Shown in pieces: positions 26,301 to 40,084 of a stretch of 64,000 nt of DNA. The DNA lies in assembly GCA_963514005.1 (NCBI GenBank), contig OY740809.1:26226001-26290000 (forward strand). Reading direction: 5' to 3'. Under the pieces are notes generated by a model, which had not been told where the DNA came from, did not search any database, and saw only the letters and a program-made list of their open reading frames with translations. The translations under genes and the position numbers were made by a program. Source of the DNA: Raja brachyura. Lineage: Eukaryota. Every line of letters begins with the position of its first letter. The stretch's first letter is position 1.

Positions 26301-27923
26301 CTGAAAAAGATTTTTTAAACATTTTAACAAACATTTAAACAATTAATCGAAGTGCAAATAATGAAATCAGAAAGATCTAGTTATCCACATTTCTCCACAG
26401 TGGTCACTACTTTAAGCACTCCATTTTTGCGTTATAAATAATACTTGTGTTGGAATTTGCAACTTTGGTTAAGATTTTCTGCTACCTTTTAGGTGGACTT
26501 AAAACTCCACCACAAAACTCTAAATATTGTATCATATAGATTGTATGTGGCTATAGGTTGATTCATCAATAATTCAATGATATCAGGAGTCAAAGTGCAA
26601 TATGAAATGGCTGGAAACCAGACTCCATAACATGAATGTTGATCCCCACCAGTTTCAAATACACAAAACATGACCCCATCAGGAAAAAGAAAAACATTTA
26701 CATGACAATATTACTGTGCACAAAATAGACAATACCATATTAGAATGATTGAACATATTCCATAAAGCAGATAGAAATAATTTATGTTAATATCAAAGAA
26801 CAAACTACCATAACCAACATTACAGTATGAACTATATATATGACTGAAGATCAAACCGTTTCTTGATCATTTAATTGACACGGATACCCAAAAGGTTATG
26901 GATTATGCATCTAGGATTCAGTAAGTAGCCTAAACCAAAGGTAAATTTTACACATGGGACATTCAAAAACAACTTCCGATTGACGAACGGATCAGATGCC
27001 TGCATTTTCCAGCAAGTTTATCATTCGATCAGTAACTGGACAATCACAAAATTCTTCCTATGCTTAAACCCCGAGTTTTCATTAGCAGCAAATGGGGGTG
27101 AGAGGTGGGTGCAAGGAGAACGCCTCAAAGGTGAATGGGGCCGAATGAGTGATGGATGTGGAGAGAATTCCAGAAAAGGGGAGCAAGGATGGTGTAGAGG
27201 GAATGCACGGGGGGGATGCACAGAGAAAGGAACCTGGAGGATGGGTTGCTGTTGGAGAATGTACCAAAAGGGAGCGGACGAGTGAAGGCAGTGCCATCAC
27301 ACTGAAAGGGGGCGGGGTTGGAAGGAAAATATGGCATGGGATGCTGACAATATACGAAAACTAGGCGACGCAGGTGCGTGGTTGTGGGGTAATTGCACTA
27401 AGAGAGGGCAGGGAATAAGTAATTGCAAAGTCAATCTACCTAAAGGCAATGAATTGGAATCAAAATGTGCACAGAGTTTACACTGTTGTCAAGGTAACAC
27501 ACCAAAAAGGGCCCATTGATCGAAATAAGACGTGAGTGGATGCAAAGATTATACATTGAAATGGGTAGGGACAAAAATGAAAGAGTGGTGGTAGGTGCAG
27601 AGATAAGTGGGGATAATGTCAAAAAGCGGGCGCATAGAGAATGCACAAAATCGGGAGTATATGGAGCCAGAGAAAACGTACTGAAATCCACTGTTCAAAT
27701 CCTTGATATGAACGGTGAGGTGCGAGGCAGAATGCCAGAGTTACAGTGCTTATTGAGTGAACGATTTTCATCAATGTGACATTGGTGGAAAGCGATGTGC
27801 AATCTACCCCAGTTGACATTTTGTTAAACTGCCTGGTGAAATAACAAAACTGCCCTCCTAATGACCCATGAGTCTGCTCATGAAGGCCTCTGTGTTATTT
27901 AAGAGGCCGAAATCGGTGTTTTA

Positions 27924-28295
<372 letters not shown>

Positions 28296-28430
28296 TCAAG
28301 CTGGGCTCCTCCGGCCGTCAACAAATACGGAGTCTCGTTTCTTTCTTTAAACCGTTTCGAATACTTGTTTCCAGAAACTTCGGAAGGTTTGGCCGGTTCA
28401 AATCTCAAGAGCGTGACTGGGACCTGGTTC

Positions 28431-28543
28431 CGTTTCTTTTAAATATAAATTCACTGTTTTTTTGTTGTTTTTTTAATCCTCTTCTGAAACTTAGTTGCAG
28501 TTTTTTTTTTAAATTGTTGGTTTTTAATTTTTTTGCGGTTTTT
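28431..28543 (-). promoter_or_regulatory. A-rich 5'UTR tract (PABP autoregulatory sequence-like)
   Basis: Several T6-T10 runs on the + strand give oligo(A) stretches in the mRNA leader; no upstream AUG between the putative TSS and the start codon. Confidence 0.7.
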
Positions 28544-28603
28544 GGAGTATGAGTGTGCGCTGCTCCAGCTTTTGCACACCCACGTTTATCAGAATCTGTG
28601 GCC

Positions 28604-28697
28604 AGGAGACGGAGGCAGCGCCACGGCCGCGCCGCCTTTTATACCCCATGCTCGCTATAGCGTCATTTCCGCCGGCTGCCGGCGTGGAACGACCAAT
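28604..28697 (-). promoter_or_regulatory. pabpc4 core promoter: TATAAAA, pyrimidine-rich (TOP-like) start region, CCAAT box
   Basis: TATAAAA on the minus strand at 28643-28637; CCTCCGTCTCCT about 30 nt downstream (28615-28604); ccaat at 28693-28697; CpG-rich. Confidence 0.7.
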
Positions 28698-28719
28698 GAA
28701 AACCAAAATAAATGCTGCT

Positions 28720-29075
28720 GATGCTGAAAACCCGAAACAAACACTGAAAACTACTGCAGGAAGGGACTGCAGATGCTGAAACCCCGAAACAAACACTGAA
28801 AACTACTGCAGGAAGGGACTGCAGATGCTGAAAACCCGAAACAAACACTGACAACTACTGCAGGAAGGGACTGCAGATGCTGAAAACCCGAAACAAACAC
28901 TGACAACTACTGCAGGAAGGGACTGCAGATGCTGAAAACCCGAAACAAACACTGACAACTACTGCAGGAAGGGACTGCAGATGCTGAAAACCCGAAACAA
29001 ACACTGAAAATTTACTGCAGGAAGGGACTGCTGATGCTAAAAACCCGAAACAAACACTGAAAACTACTGCAGGAA
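28720..29075. repeat. Minisatellite, ~7 copies of a 52-bp unit, directly upstream of the pabpc4 promoter
   Basis: Unit gatgctgaaaacccgaaacaaacactgaaaactactgcaggaagggactgca starts at 28720, 28772, 28824, 28876, 28928, 28980 and 29033. Confidence 0.95.
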
Positions 29076-29083
29076 ACATAGAA

Positions 29084-30110
29084 TAGCAATGTTACAAAAT
29101 TTTGAGATTTTAAAAATCAAGTCTGCAATTTATCCCATCAGATAAAGCATAAAAAGAAGTTTAATTTGACACCTAATTCACTTTCATATCTTCAGTAAGT
29201 TATGGCCATTTTCATACTCGGAAATTAGCATCTTGTTCCCCATTGCCTTTCAGTTGACTTAACTCAAAAGCTGTGATCTGGAACAGTTAAAAGCCCATAA
29301 CTTTCTTAAAAATTAAGAGAACTCAATGAAATTTTCAGTTATTATAGATTGAAGCATTCTGAAACAAATATGAAACAATCTTACTTGGATTACCTGAAAT
29401 TAAAGCATATAATTAGTTAGTTATCGAATTGTAGCTAATTACAAAATTCAATGAGTATAACTAAACATCTATCCATTTCTTAAGAAAAGATAAACTTTTT
29501 TTTAATTGCCTAAGTGTCCAAATAACATTCACACAATAATCCACAATATAACATAATTTTTAAATCTCATTTTCATGAATTTCTGGGCCAAATGGAAGGA
29601 ATTTAGTGTTTGATTCCTGTAAATTAATGGCCATTTAAATCAACTAGCGAGTGGGTTTTAGTGGAATGCGGTGGATTGGAACGTTGCGGTTTGCGGTGAA
29701 GTCGGGAGGAAAAATACTCTTTGTTCATACATTTTTTTGGACCCCATTTCGCAACATGAAAATATTATTAAAGCCTCCATAAAAACCAACTTTTAATATA
29801 AAAATAAACTATTTACCTTTTTTTCTCCACTACGCGAAATCCTTCCGGTTGTCGGCGCTCACGGCTTTTGAAGGTGATTTTTCAATTACTCTAGTTAATA
29901 AATAATTTAGAGTAATTTAAAAATACCTTCATTCATGAAATGTCGGAGCGATTTTTCTTCCGCAATGAAATCGCCCGACATGGATCGGTTATCCCAGTCT
30001 GCAGAAAAACGGCACTTTAAGACCGCCCCCCTCTGAAAGGCGCCAAAGTCACACACATGGGGAGCGGCAGAACTGCAGCGCTGCTAAAGGTAAGTTTTGT
30101 AACATACCTA
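29084..30110. mobile_element. Non-autonomous DNA transposon, copy 1 (TAG...CTA termini)
   Basis: Imperfect TIRs TAGCAATGTTACAAAA / TTTTGTAACATACCTA; near-identical over ~1 kb to 55545-56793; no ORF. Confidence 0.8.
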
Positions 30111-30470
30111 TATATGGAGGACGACTGTGCGTGTATTTGTTTAACGTGGGGAGACTGTTCCACAGACAACCACCCCACGGTCCTTGACAGATCTGGGTCG
30201 GGATCCAGTGGCATGGAGTCCAAGGCCACCGGAGACCCTTTTATGCTGCAGCCTTCATCTGCCTTCCCAGCCGTTGTGATGCTCCACTAAGGTCAGCCAT
30301 CGTCCTCCGCCTGTTCCACCATTGATGATCTTGGTTGCTCTTTGTCAGAGTCGTCCCCCTCGACCTTACTGCCAGGGTTGGCTCTACCAGGAGCATGGCT
30401 CCAGGTGGCATCGCTCTCAGGTCCACACAAGCTCCTCCACCACAACAAGGTGACAATCCACGGAGAAGGA
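30111..30470 (-). mobile_element. RTE (Expander-like) 5'UTR-derived non-autonomous element
   Basis: Minus strand cttctccgtggattgtcaccttgttgtggtggaggagcttgtgtg...ctcctggtagagccaaccctggc resembles RTE 5'UTRs. Confidence 0.5.
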
Positions 30471-30505
30471 AAGCTCATATGGCAGGGTCGTTGATCTGAA
30501 ATGAT

Positions 30506-31820
30506 TAGAAACATAGAAAATAGGTGCAGGAGGCCATTCGGCCCTTCGAGCCAACACCGCCATTCATCGTGATCATGGCTGATCGTCCGCTATCAATAAC
30601 CGGTGTCTGCCTTCTCCCCATATCCCTTGACTCCACTAGCCCCATAGAGCTCTATCTAACTCTCTCTTAAATCCATCCAGTGACTTGGCCTCCACTGCCC
30701 TCTGTGGCAGGGAATTCCATAAATTCACAACTCTCTGGGTGAAAAAGTTTTTTCTCTCCTCAGTCTTAAATGACCTCCAATTTATTCTGAGACTGTGGCC
30801 CGTGGTTCTGGACTCGCCCAACATTTGGACATTTTTCCTGCATCTAGCTTGTCCAGTCCTTTCATAATTTTTTATGTTTCTATAAGAAATCCCCTCATCC
30901 ATCTAAACTCCAGTGAATACAAGCCTAGTCTTTTCAATCTTTCCTCATATGACAGTCCCGCCATCCCAGGGATCAATCTCATGAACCTACGCTGCACTGC
31001 ACAATCACAAGGATGTCCTTCCTCAAATTAGGAGACCAAAACTGTACACAATACTCCAGATGTGGTCTCACCAGAGCCCTATACAACTGCAGAAGAACCT
31101 CTTTACTCCTATACTGAAATCCTCTTGTTATGAAGGGCAACATTCCATTAGCTTTCTTCACTGCCTGCTGTACCTGCATGCCAACTTTCAGTGATGTACA
31201 AGGACACTCAGGTCTCGCTGTTCCTCCCCCTTACCTAACCCCATTGAGATAATAATCTGCCCCTTATTTTTGCCGCCAAAGTGGATAACCTCACATTTAT
31301 CTATATTATAGTGCATCTGCCACGCATATGCCCACTCACTCAACTTGCCCAGGTCACCCTGCAACCTAACATCCTCTTCACAGTTCACACTGCTACCCAG
31401 CTTTGTGTCATCCGCAAACTTGCTAGTGTTGCTCCTAATTCCCTCTTCCAAATCATTAATATATGGTAAACAGTTACGGCCCCAACACCGAGCCTTGCGG
31501 CACTCCACTGACCACGGCCTGCCATTCTGAAAAGGACCCGTTCACTCCTCTTTGCTTCCAGTCTGCCAACCAATTTTCTATCTATGTCAACACCCTACCC
31601 CCAATACCATGTTCTCTAATTTTAGTCACCAGTCTCCCGTGCAGGACCTTATCAAAGGCTTTCTGAAAGTCTAGATACACCACATCCACTGGCACCCCTT
31701 TTACTTGTCACATCCTCAAAAGATTCCAGAATATTAGTAAAGCACAATTTCCCTTTCAGAAATCCATGTTGACTTGGACTAATCCTTTTACTGCTATCCA
31801 ATGCCCCATTATTACCTCTT
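30506..31820 (-). mobile_element. CR1 LINE 3' portion (frameshifted RT)
   Basis: SKFADDTKLG and LVRPHLEYCVQFWSP peptides; (tctatgtt)n tail; same subfamily as 52213-53540. Confidence 0.9.
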
Positions 31821-33929
31821 GTTTACTGTTGTTTGGACCAATACTGCTGGCTCTAAATATTTCTGGCATTTTTATAGTTTAGAATTTCAAAATAATCTGC
31901 TTCCATGTCAATGTGAGAACATTAAATATACCAATTTATTGGCTAACGTGTGGTAATTCTTTGAACTACATCGTATCAGACAAATTCCAATTATTTAGTC
32001 AAATCAATTTGACTTACTCCACTTTAAAAAAAGTGGAGAAATGTGAATGCATTAGCCATCATTCTAGCTGCTAATGAACCTTGTAATGTACAAATCCCAA
32101 ATTCATCACTTCAACCATCAGCTTAGCTCACCATATTCAAATTAAAGTTGCTGTTTCAGATCTTTCTTGAATGGGTATAGTATATAATAGTGCTACCTCT
32201 AAGGGCACTATCAATATGTGAATGTGATCCCACAACACTAGAGAAGATTGTTTTGGTAATCATGTGTAGAAAACTGTAGATGCTGGTTTATATTGAAGGT
32301 AGCATCTCTGGCAAAAAGGGATGGGTGACATTTCCTTCATGTTGTTGGATGATTACATCATTCTCAGATTAAGAGTAAACTAAATATTTCAACTTTAACT
32401 GGTGGACAGTTACAAGACACTTTGATCAATAAAATGCAGTAAACATTACTTTAAAATTTGGAGTGTATATTTTCTAGCAATTTAATACTTGGAGTCACAT
32501 GGTGACTATCAATTTGCTGGCCAGTTTGCGGAAATCCAATCTAGTGTAAAGCCTTAATTTAGTACAACTCGAGTAGTGGGCATTAAAACAGGACATGAAA
32601 CAATGTCACAGCAATGTAGTCAGACTACTTTTCCCCTGCTGAGTATACCAAAGTCATTGGGGTAAGGGAAAAAGAATGATTTAACTGAAGTTACATGTTG
32701 ATGCAAATTACCTCAAATGGAAGCAGTTCCATTTCCCAGCAGTTAAGTTTAAGAGGAAAAAGCATTTCTATAATAGAGTTTTATAAATGTTTAGACTGCC
32801 AAAACAGAAACCTTAGTGACCATGTTTCATGACTAGAGTGAGCAAGAAAGATCAGGCTGGTATACAACTGCAGCAAAATTTAATGAAGCTGTTAATTTAA
32901 CCAGTTTTATTGTTAACTCTAAAGTTAAGGATACATTCTCTGACACACCATTATAAATATCAAAACAAATTTCATGCTCTTGCAAAAGAGCAAGGACAGC
33001 GATGTTTCATCAATGCTGACTGATTAACATGGTGGTTTTGACTGAAGGAACTTGCCTATTCAGCTGTATTTTATATTTTGTACAACTTACCCGGTATGGA
33101 GTGACATGCTTCCAACATGGTGTGAAAAATAATGAAGCCAATTGAGAGTTTTTAAAAATAAAAACAGAACAAAGTAGTCTGGGTCGAAAAATAATTTTAT
33201 TAAGGGAGTAGTTGAAGCATACAATTTTCTTCCCCACTAGGAGACAGTGATGTTATTAATACATTTGTTTTAGTTTGTGCACATGAAAATGGAAAATTTC
33301 AATCCATTAAAATTTTCTTCAAAAAACATGTGTATGAAAATAACAGGTTTAGAGATATCTGCATTCAGTTAAATTGTTTGGAAGCCGTAGAATCTTTCAT
33401 TCTTATTAGCACCAATGCCAATTTGCACCCCATTAAGAGCCTATGTAAAGACCAGCAAATCTCTACATAGCAATGTGCTACTGATTTAGTTACAGGCTGC
33501 TGTCATTACAATTATTGAACAGAGTTAGAAATGGGGCTTCTGCTCCGTATCTGTGATATATGACCCTGGACTTAAAATACAACACAGCCATACATGGGTC
33601 ATGTTCACTCGATCTTGTTGAATGCTGAATTAAATATCTAAATCTCCCAAGATTATCCTTAAAATTACAAATCTATTTCGCATTTAAATTGGCTGGAAAA
33701 TAAGCTGTAATGTTGCTTGTACTTCAATAGCATTGAATAACAGGATAAAAATGCTGTCTCTGCATTTCACAAGCGCTGCAGAGAACGGTAATCAGTGATG
33801 GGGTCAGACAGACTTCACATCCAAAGACTTAAGTTCAATTGAAATCTTGAATGCTATAAACTTGCAGTCTCCCCACGACCATGACCGTCCGCCCCAGGTG
33901 CTTATCATAAAGATGTGTGGCAAGTTGTT

Positions 33930-34139
33930 TAGGAACTGCAGATGCTGGTTTAAACTGAAGAAAGCCACAAAATGCTGGAGTAACTCAGCGGGACCAGCAG
34001 CATTTTTAGAGAAGGAATGGGTGATGTTTCAGGTTGAAACTCTTCTGCAGTCTAAAGAAGGGTCTCGACCCAAAACGTCACCCATTCCTTCTCTCCAGAG
34101 ATGCTGACTGTCCCGCTGTGACCCCAGTATTTTGTGTGG
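33930..34139. mobile_element. Older palindromic Penelope-derived element
   Basis: ggaactgcagatgctgg...gagtaactcagcggg with an inverted partner and degenerate hammerhead cores. Confidence 0.65.
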
Positions 34140-34192
34140 TTAGTTAAATGGTTTTTGTACATTGCTCCTAGTGTGGGCAAAGGGTGTTGATG

Positions 34193-34250
34193 CGAGAGAG
34201 AGCGAGAGAGAGCGAGAGAGAGCGAGAGAGAGCGAGAGAGAGCGAGAGAG

Positions 34251-34286
<36 letters not shown>
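34193..34286. repeat. (GAGAGAGAGC)n/(GA)n microsatellite
   Basis: Seen directly. Confidence 0.95.
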
Positions 34287-34288
<2 letters not shown>

Positions 34289-34821
34289 TAGAGGGAAAGA
34301 AGAAACCCAATGTTAGCCTCCTGTCATGATAAGGCAAGTATCAAGTACTACAGCAACCTCCATGGTATACTTTGGTAAAAAGTCAGTTATTAACGCGTTT
34401 AAAATGTTTCCGACAAAATTTATTAACCTTTATCTTTGATGCAGCCCATTATAAATGTGTCAATCATTTAGCTGAACCCAGGCCAAACCTTTCCCACAAC
34501 ACACACATACTCATCTGATACTATGAAGTCGTAGTTCTTAAAATCAAAACAGAAAATAGTGATCCAAAACTAGTGCTAATTAATGATTGATCATCACAAA
34601 GCAAATTCTGAGGCACGTCCCCATAATAATTGATCTGTACATGGAATATAATTACTTGGAGTTCAGCAAGAGAGGACTCAATGCACTGGGGACAACACAA
34701 ATCATTGGACATGTTTTTGTACTCCAAAGGAGAGACAAGTCTCTGGAATATAGGTTTAGTAAAAAATAAATAACCATACTTTCTTTACTATCAAACTTGC
34801 TTCAGCTCTTAGAAGCATCAA

Positions 34822-34827
34822 TTTATT
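34822..34827 (-). terminator. Candidate polyadenylation signal for pdia6-like
   Basis: AATAAA on the minus strand ~470 nt after the stop; alternatives are ATTAAA near 35146 and AATAAA at 34419. Confidence 0.35.
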
Positions 34828-35298
34828 TCATACACACCACCTTCAGCAAAATGTAATAACCATCCACGTTCCAAATGCGCAATCCCAGTTAATGGCTAAA
34901 TCACCATGATTTTACTTGTCCTATGTAGAACAGATCACATTCTTTGGAATAATAATTGTTCAAATACATGCAAGAATGTCAAAAATACATTTGCAGGTTT
35001 ACACCACATCCCACCCCTCAAAAGAGACCAAATAATCCATTTAAATAGTCAGTGAAGTGTAACAATGTACAATAAATGGCAACTTGTCCGGTCTATTAAA
35101 TGAGGTTATGTAAAATTTTTGAAACGTAACATTCAATTTTCTGTTTTTAATAGAAAAATCCCAGTGAAACTTATTTACACGATACAGTAGAAATACAGCA
35201 AGCCAGATAGATCAAATAAGGCTTTGGTGCAGACAGATGATCAGTCCAATACTTCAGATAAAGGATGCTGTCTGCCAATGAATGGGAATGCCATTAAT

Positions 35299-35367
35299 TC
35301 ACAGCTCGTCTTTGTCATAATCTTCAAGATCTACATCACTTAAATCAATGTCTTCTTCTATTGGCAA
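35299..35367 (-). CDS. pdia6: PDIA6-like exon 13 (acidic tail, KDEL, stop)
   Basis: cag| LPIEEDIDLSDVDLEDYDKDEL* (TGA at 35301-35299). Confidence 0.95.
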   Translation of the reverse strand: MPIEEDIDLSDVDLEDYDKDEL

Positions 35368-35906
35368 CTGTGGAAGACGAAATACATTATTAAAGTATGT
35401 GATTATCTCAGCTTTTATTTCTATTTTCTCAAGTTGTGATTCTTCACTACAGTCCCACGTGACCCTCTCATACTATGTCCATGCAAATCATTCTTGTTTA
35501 GCCACAGAATAAGTAATTCAACGCTGCACCAAATTGATGAAAAGACTAATTGCATATTTTGTGAATTTTGCAGCAGTGAATTTCACTTAATTTCTATTTA
35601 CCAAATATGAAAAACTTCAAGCCCGTTTCCTACGATAGACAATTTGTAATAGGCATTCAATTTTATACAACCCGTGGACTGGATGCAGTCTTCCTGCACA
35701 TGGAAACTTGTTCCATTTCAATATGGTCTTGTGAATATAGATTTCTACAATAGTGCACACTTAGTTTCAGCCTCAAGTTACATTATTTTGTGGGATTTGC
35801 TCTTAAAGCATTCAAAGCCCCTGGCTATTGCTGTGCAGCCAGGTCATTTTAGTGTTAAAAGTATAAGGTGCTCACGCAGGGGCTGGTTTGCCAGTTATTA
35901 ACCTAC

Positions 35907-36003
35907 CTGACCATCTTTGCCATCCCATGGATCTACCATGTTAATATTGGGGAAAGCAGCTCCTTTGACAGGAGAAGTTGAACCTTTCCCATATGACAGC
36001 TCC
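35907..36003 (-). CDS. pdia6: PDIA6-like exon 12
   Basis: cag| [32 protein letters not shown] |gtaggt; 97 bp. Confidence 0.94.
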
Positions 36004-36559
36004 CTGTGGAAAAGTGAACGTTTAGTTATTTGATCATTTAATTGAAATTAAAATTAAAACAAGCATATCAATAAGAAAACCATATTTAGAGCTTTTGAAA
36101 ATCTAAGAACTGGAACATTAAATACACATCCATACAAACAACATTATCATGGACCCAACTCTGAATAAAAGTAACTGTGAAATGATTGTTGCTATAGACA
36201 AAATTGATTCCTCTTCAGAAAATAACATAAAATATCTTAAATAGCGAAATAAAGGGCAATAAATAAATAACAAGTAATTTTAAACATTATAAAAGAGAGC
36301 TCAAAACAGGTATGGCCACAGAAATTCTGATCGGAAATTAGGTATACAACCTTATTTATGAGAGTCTTGAAAAGGAGTTTTTGCAGCAACATTCATTTAA
36401 TAGAAAACATGACAAAAGCTTTACAGGAGTGGCAATTCTTCACTCATTATCAAAGCCTCCTTGCTGGAATTAACAATTCAATAGCCAAAATATTCAACAT
36501 GACTTGGTTCAGCTCAGCAAACAAACAGAAATTACTCAAATTTCATCATTGTTATTTAC

Positions 36560-36718
36560 CTAAGAAACTCGTTGATGCCCTGTTCACTAAAGGAGCCCTT
36601 CAGCAGAGCGTACTTCATTTTCCTGGCATTAATTGCAGCCATAGCTGGGTAACCAAATCCACCAATACCCAAAGAATCTTCAAGTTCTGTCTGCGCACCT
36701 CCCTCAGTCCACAGCCAA
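36560..36718 (-). CDS. pdia6: PDIA6-like exon 11
   Basis: tag| [53 protein letters not shown] |gtaaat; 159 bp. Confidence 0.95.
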
Positions 36719-36799
36719 CTAAATAAAAGGAAAAAAAAATTATGAAAAAAACAATAGCAAACAAAAATGTCAAGCAATTGTATCCAACAGATTGCAGAA

Positions 36800-39700
36800 C
36801 AGCACAGGAGATGTGAAAAGCAGCCATTAGTTTCCAGCACTGGAAGCCCCTGGTGGCATATAAAAGTCGGGCAGACACTGGAAGAGCAGCAAATTTAGAG
36901 TAGCTGTTTTTGACACTGTCTGTTATTGAGGGTAAGTGTTGAGGCTTGGGCTCCAGATGCCTTGTTGAGATCAAGGAGAAAGAAAGTAAAATTTTGTTTT
37001 TAAACACTCCTCCGTCTTTGTGCATTCAGAGTGGAAGTTAAGGCAGTGAATCTTCCATTGTTCCCGGTGACTAGACCCGTGGGAAGTGTCCAACTGCATC
37101 TCCTGGCTGATGCCAGGAAGGAACTGGAGGTGCATACCCCATGATCATCTCAGATATAACCATACCTACAGGCAGAAAATAGCTGGGGACCACCTGGAAG
37201 GCAAAAGTAGGCTGAGAGTGCAAGAATCCCCTATGCCTATTCCACTTTGAGAATACCATTTTAGATAATATTGGCGAGGGGGAAGAGATGATCAATAAGG
37301 AGCAAGTAGCAGGCATCAAGACTGGCTTGGAGGCACAACAGGGAAAGATAAAGTCAGACAGGGTTATAGCAATTGGAGACTTGATAGGGGGACAGACAGG
37401 AAATTTTCTGGTTGCAAATGGGACTCAGAGAGTGCTGCCTCCTTGGTACCAAGATTGAGGATGTCTCTGAGTGGCTACAGAGCCTTCTTGGGAAGTGTGG
37501 AGGGTGAGCAGCCAGGTGTTGTTATGTGCACTGGCACCAATGAGATGGATAGAAATGGGATGAGGTCCCGTGGAACATATATATATGGAGCTAAACAAAA
37601 GGTTAAACACCGGACGAAAGGTAGAAACCTCTGGTAGACACTACGTGCTAGTGTAGATAGGAATAGGATTGGACAGGACAAATGATTGCATTGCTGAAGA
37701 GTTGGGGCAGGGATTCAGATTTTTGGACCAATGACATCCGAGGCAGAAGTGACCTGTACAAGAGGAACAGGGCAGAGAGTGGTGGGTATATGGAATGAGT
37801 TGTTAGAGGAAGTACTTGGCACAGGTATTATAGCAACATTTAAAAAATATTTGGACAGGTACATGGATAGGAGAGGTTTAGAGAGATATGGACCAAACAC
37901 AGGGAAATGGGACTAGTGTAGATGGGGATGTTTGGGCAGCATGGGCTAGTTGGACCGACATGCCCGTTTCCTTGCTGTATGACTATATGGCAAACTGATC
38001 CAGAAGTTAATGTTCTCAATTGATTGGAGTAGCTGTCGGTGGGTAAAGGGGCATCTAGCAAATGGTAGGCTTTTAGAAGTGAGATAGCAGGAGTTCAGGG
38101 TTTGCATGTCTCTACTACTGCAATAAGTAATACTGACTAAGAATAGAGAACTCTGGATGACGAGCGTAATTAGGGAAAAAAGGTCACGGGTTACATTTAG
38201 TCAGCTGTAATTAACCACTGCGAGTGTTGCAGGCATATGCTGGGGAAAAAAAAAAAAATCAGGAGAGCAAAAAAGGGAGCACACGAGACAGAAAAGATCC
38301 AAAAGAGATTTTACAAATATATTAAGAGAAAAAAGACCAACTAGGGGGAGAATCGGGCTCCTCAAAGATCAAAATGGATAATTACTTGTGGAGCAGCAGG
38401 TGACAAGCGAGGTCCTCAATAAATATTTCTCCTGTTTTAACCAGGGAGAAAGATGAAGATGAGGGAACTCCGGAAATGTTAATGGGGATAATCCACATTA
38501 TGGAGGAGGTGGTGCTGTACACCGTCGGAATCCAGGGAAGATATTGCAGGACCCTGGCTGAGATATGTGCATTGTTAGCCATGGGCAAGGTGCCAGAAGA
38601 CTGGAGTGTGGCTAATATTTTGCCTTTATTTAAGATTGTCTGCAAAGAAAAACCTGGCACAATGGACTAATACCTGTGGTAGGCAAGTTACTGGAGAAGA
38701 TTCTGAGGGATAATATATACGTGCATTTGGAAAGACAGATTGCATGGAATGGTCAGCATAGCTCAGTGCAAGGGATATCGTGTCTTACAAATTTGATTCG
38801 TTTTTAGGCCAGGGCAGCAAGCACACTCAACATGGACTTCAGCAAGGCTTTTGATAAGGTCCTACATGTTAAGGTGTTCTGGGTTAGATTACATGGGAAC
38901 ACAGTAGAGCTAGCTAATTGGATACATAATTGACTTGATGGTCAGGAGCAGAGAGGGTGATTATGGAAGGTTACTTTTCAGATTGGAGGCCCGTGACTGT
39001 GGTGTGCAACAGGCGTTGGGCACTTATAGCAACAACTTGGATCATAGTGTGCAAAGTAGACTTTGTAAGTTTGCAGGTGACCCTAAAATAGGTAATGAAA
39101 GCTATCAGAAATTACAGCAGGATCATGATCAACAGGGTATGTTGGTTAAGAAATGAAAATCTGAGTTTCAGATAAATGCGAGATGTTGCATTTTGGGAAC
39201 CCAAACCAGGATAGGACCTTCAGCGAACGGCAGGGACCTAGGAAGTGTTGTCGAACAGAGGGACATAGGAGTTTTACTACATAGTTTCTGAAAGTGATGT
39301 CACAAATAGAAAGGGTGGTAAAGGTGGCTTTTAGTATGCTCAGCTTCATCAGTCACAACACCAAGTACAGAAGTTTAAATGTTGCTCTTGAACACAACAT
39401 TGGTGAAGCCACATCTGGAGTACTGTGCTCAGTTTTGGACACCTTGCCATTTGAACGATGCCATTAAGCTGCAAAGAGTGCAGGAAAAAACTGTGAGGAT
39501 GTTGCCAGGACACAAGTGACTGATATAGGGAAATGTTGGGCAGGCTCTGACTTTATTTCTTAGAGCTCAGGAAATTGAGAGGTGGTCTTACAGAGGTGTA
39601 TGAAATCTCAAGGGCATAGATGAATGCACACACGTCTTTACCTCCCCCCCCCCCCCCCCCCCCGGTCAGTTAATGAAGAACTAGAGGGCATAGGTTTAAG

Positions 39701-39960
39701 ATGAGAGGGGAAGATCAAAGGAATCAGAGAGTTTTTTCTATTCAGAGGATGGTATATATTTAGAATGAGGCAACAGAGGATGTAGTTGAGGCAGGTATAA
39801 TAACATTTAAAAATACATTTGGACAGGTATATGGATATATGAAATTATTTTAATGGGATATAAAGATCGAACAAGTAAGTGTGTCTAGCTTATATGGCAT
39901 CTTGGTCTGCAGGGACAAGTTAGTTGAAGGACCCATTTCCATGTTGTATGATTACATGAC
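36800..39960 (+). mobile_element. Old, long CR1 LINE remnant (esterase-like ORF1 and RT fragments) with a nested CR1 3' end at ~37770-37985
   Basis: IGD..PG..I.DVS...GTNE-like ORF1 motif; KVPEDWSVANILPLFK, MDFSKAFDK, CKFAGDPKIG. Confidence 0.75.
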
Positions 39961-40084
39961 TACAGCTTACCAAGTGTTCAGCCTGGATATTTGTACAAAA
40001 AATTAACATAACACATTATTATCCATGAATTGCTATCTCGATATTTGCTGCATTATTCAAATATTTCTGAACAAGGTTATTTAC

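Noticed and set aside
26980-27819. Cluster of short ORFs in pabpc4 intron 1
   Set aside because: Purine-rich intronic sequence with no recognisable protein motif or consistent splice sites.
28720-29075. CRISPR-like array
   Set aside because: Head-to-tail identical units with no unique spacers, in a vertebrate genome; it is a minisatellite.
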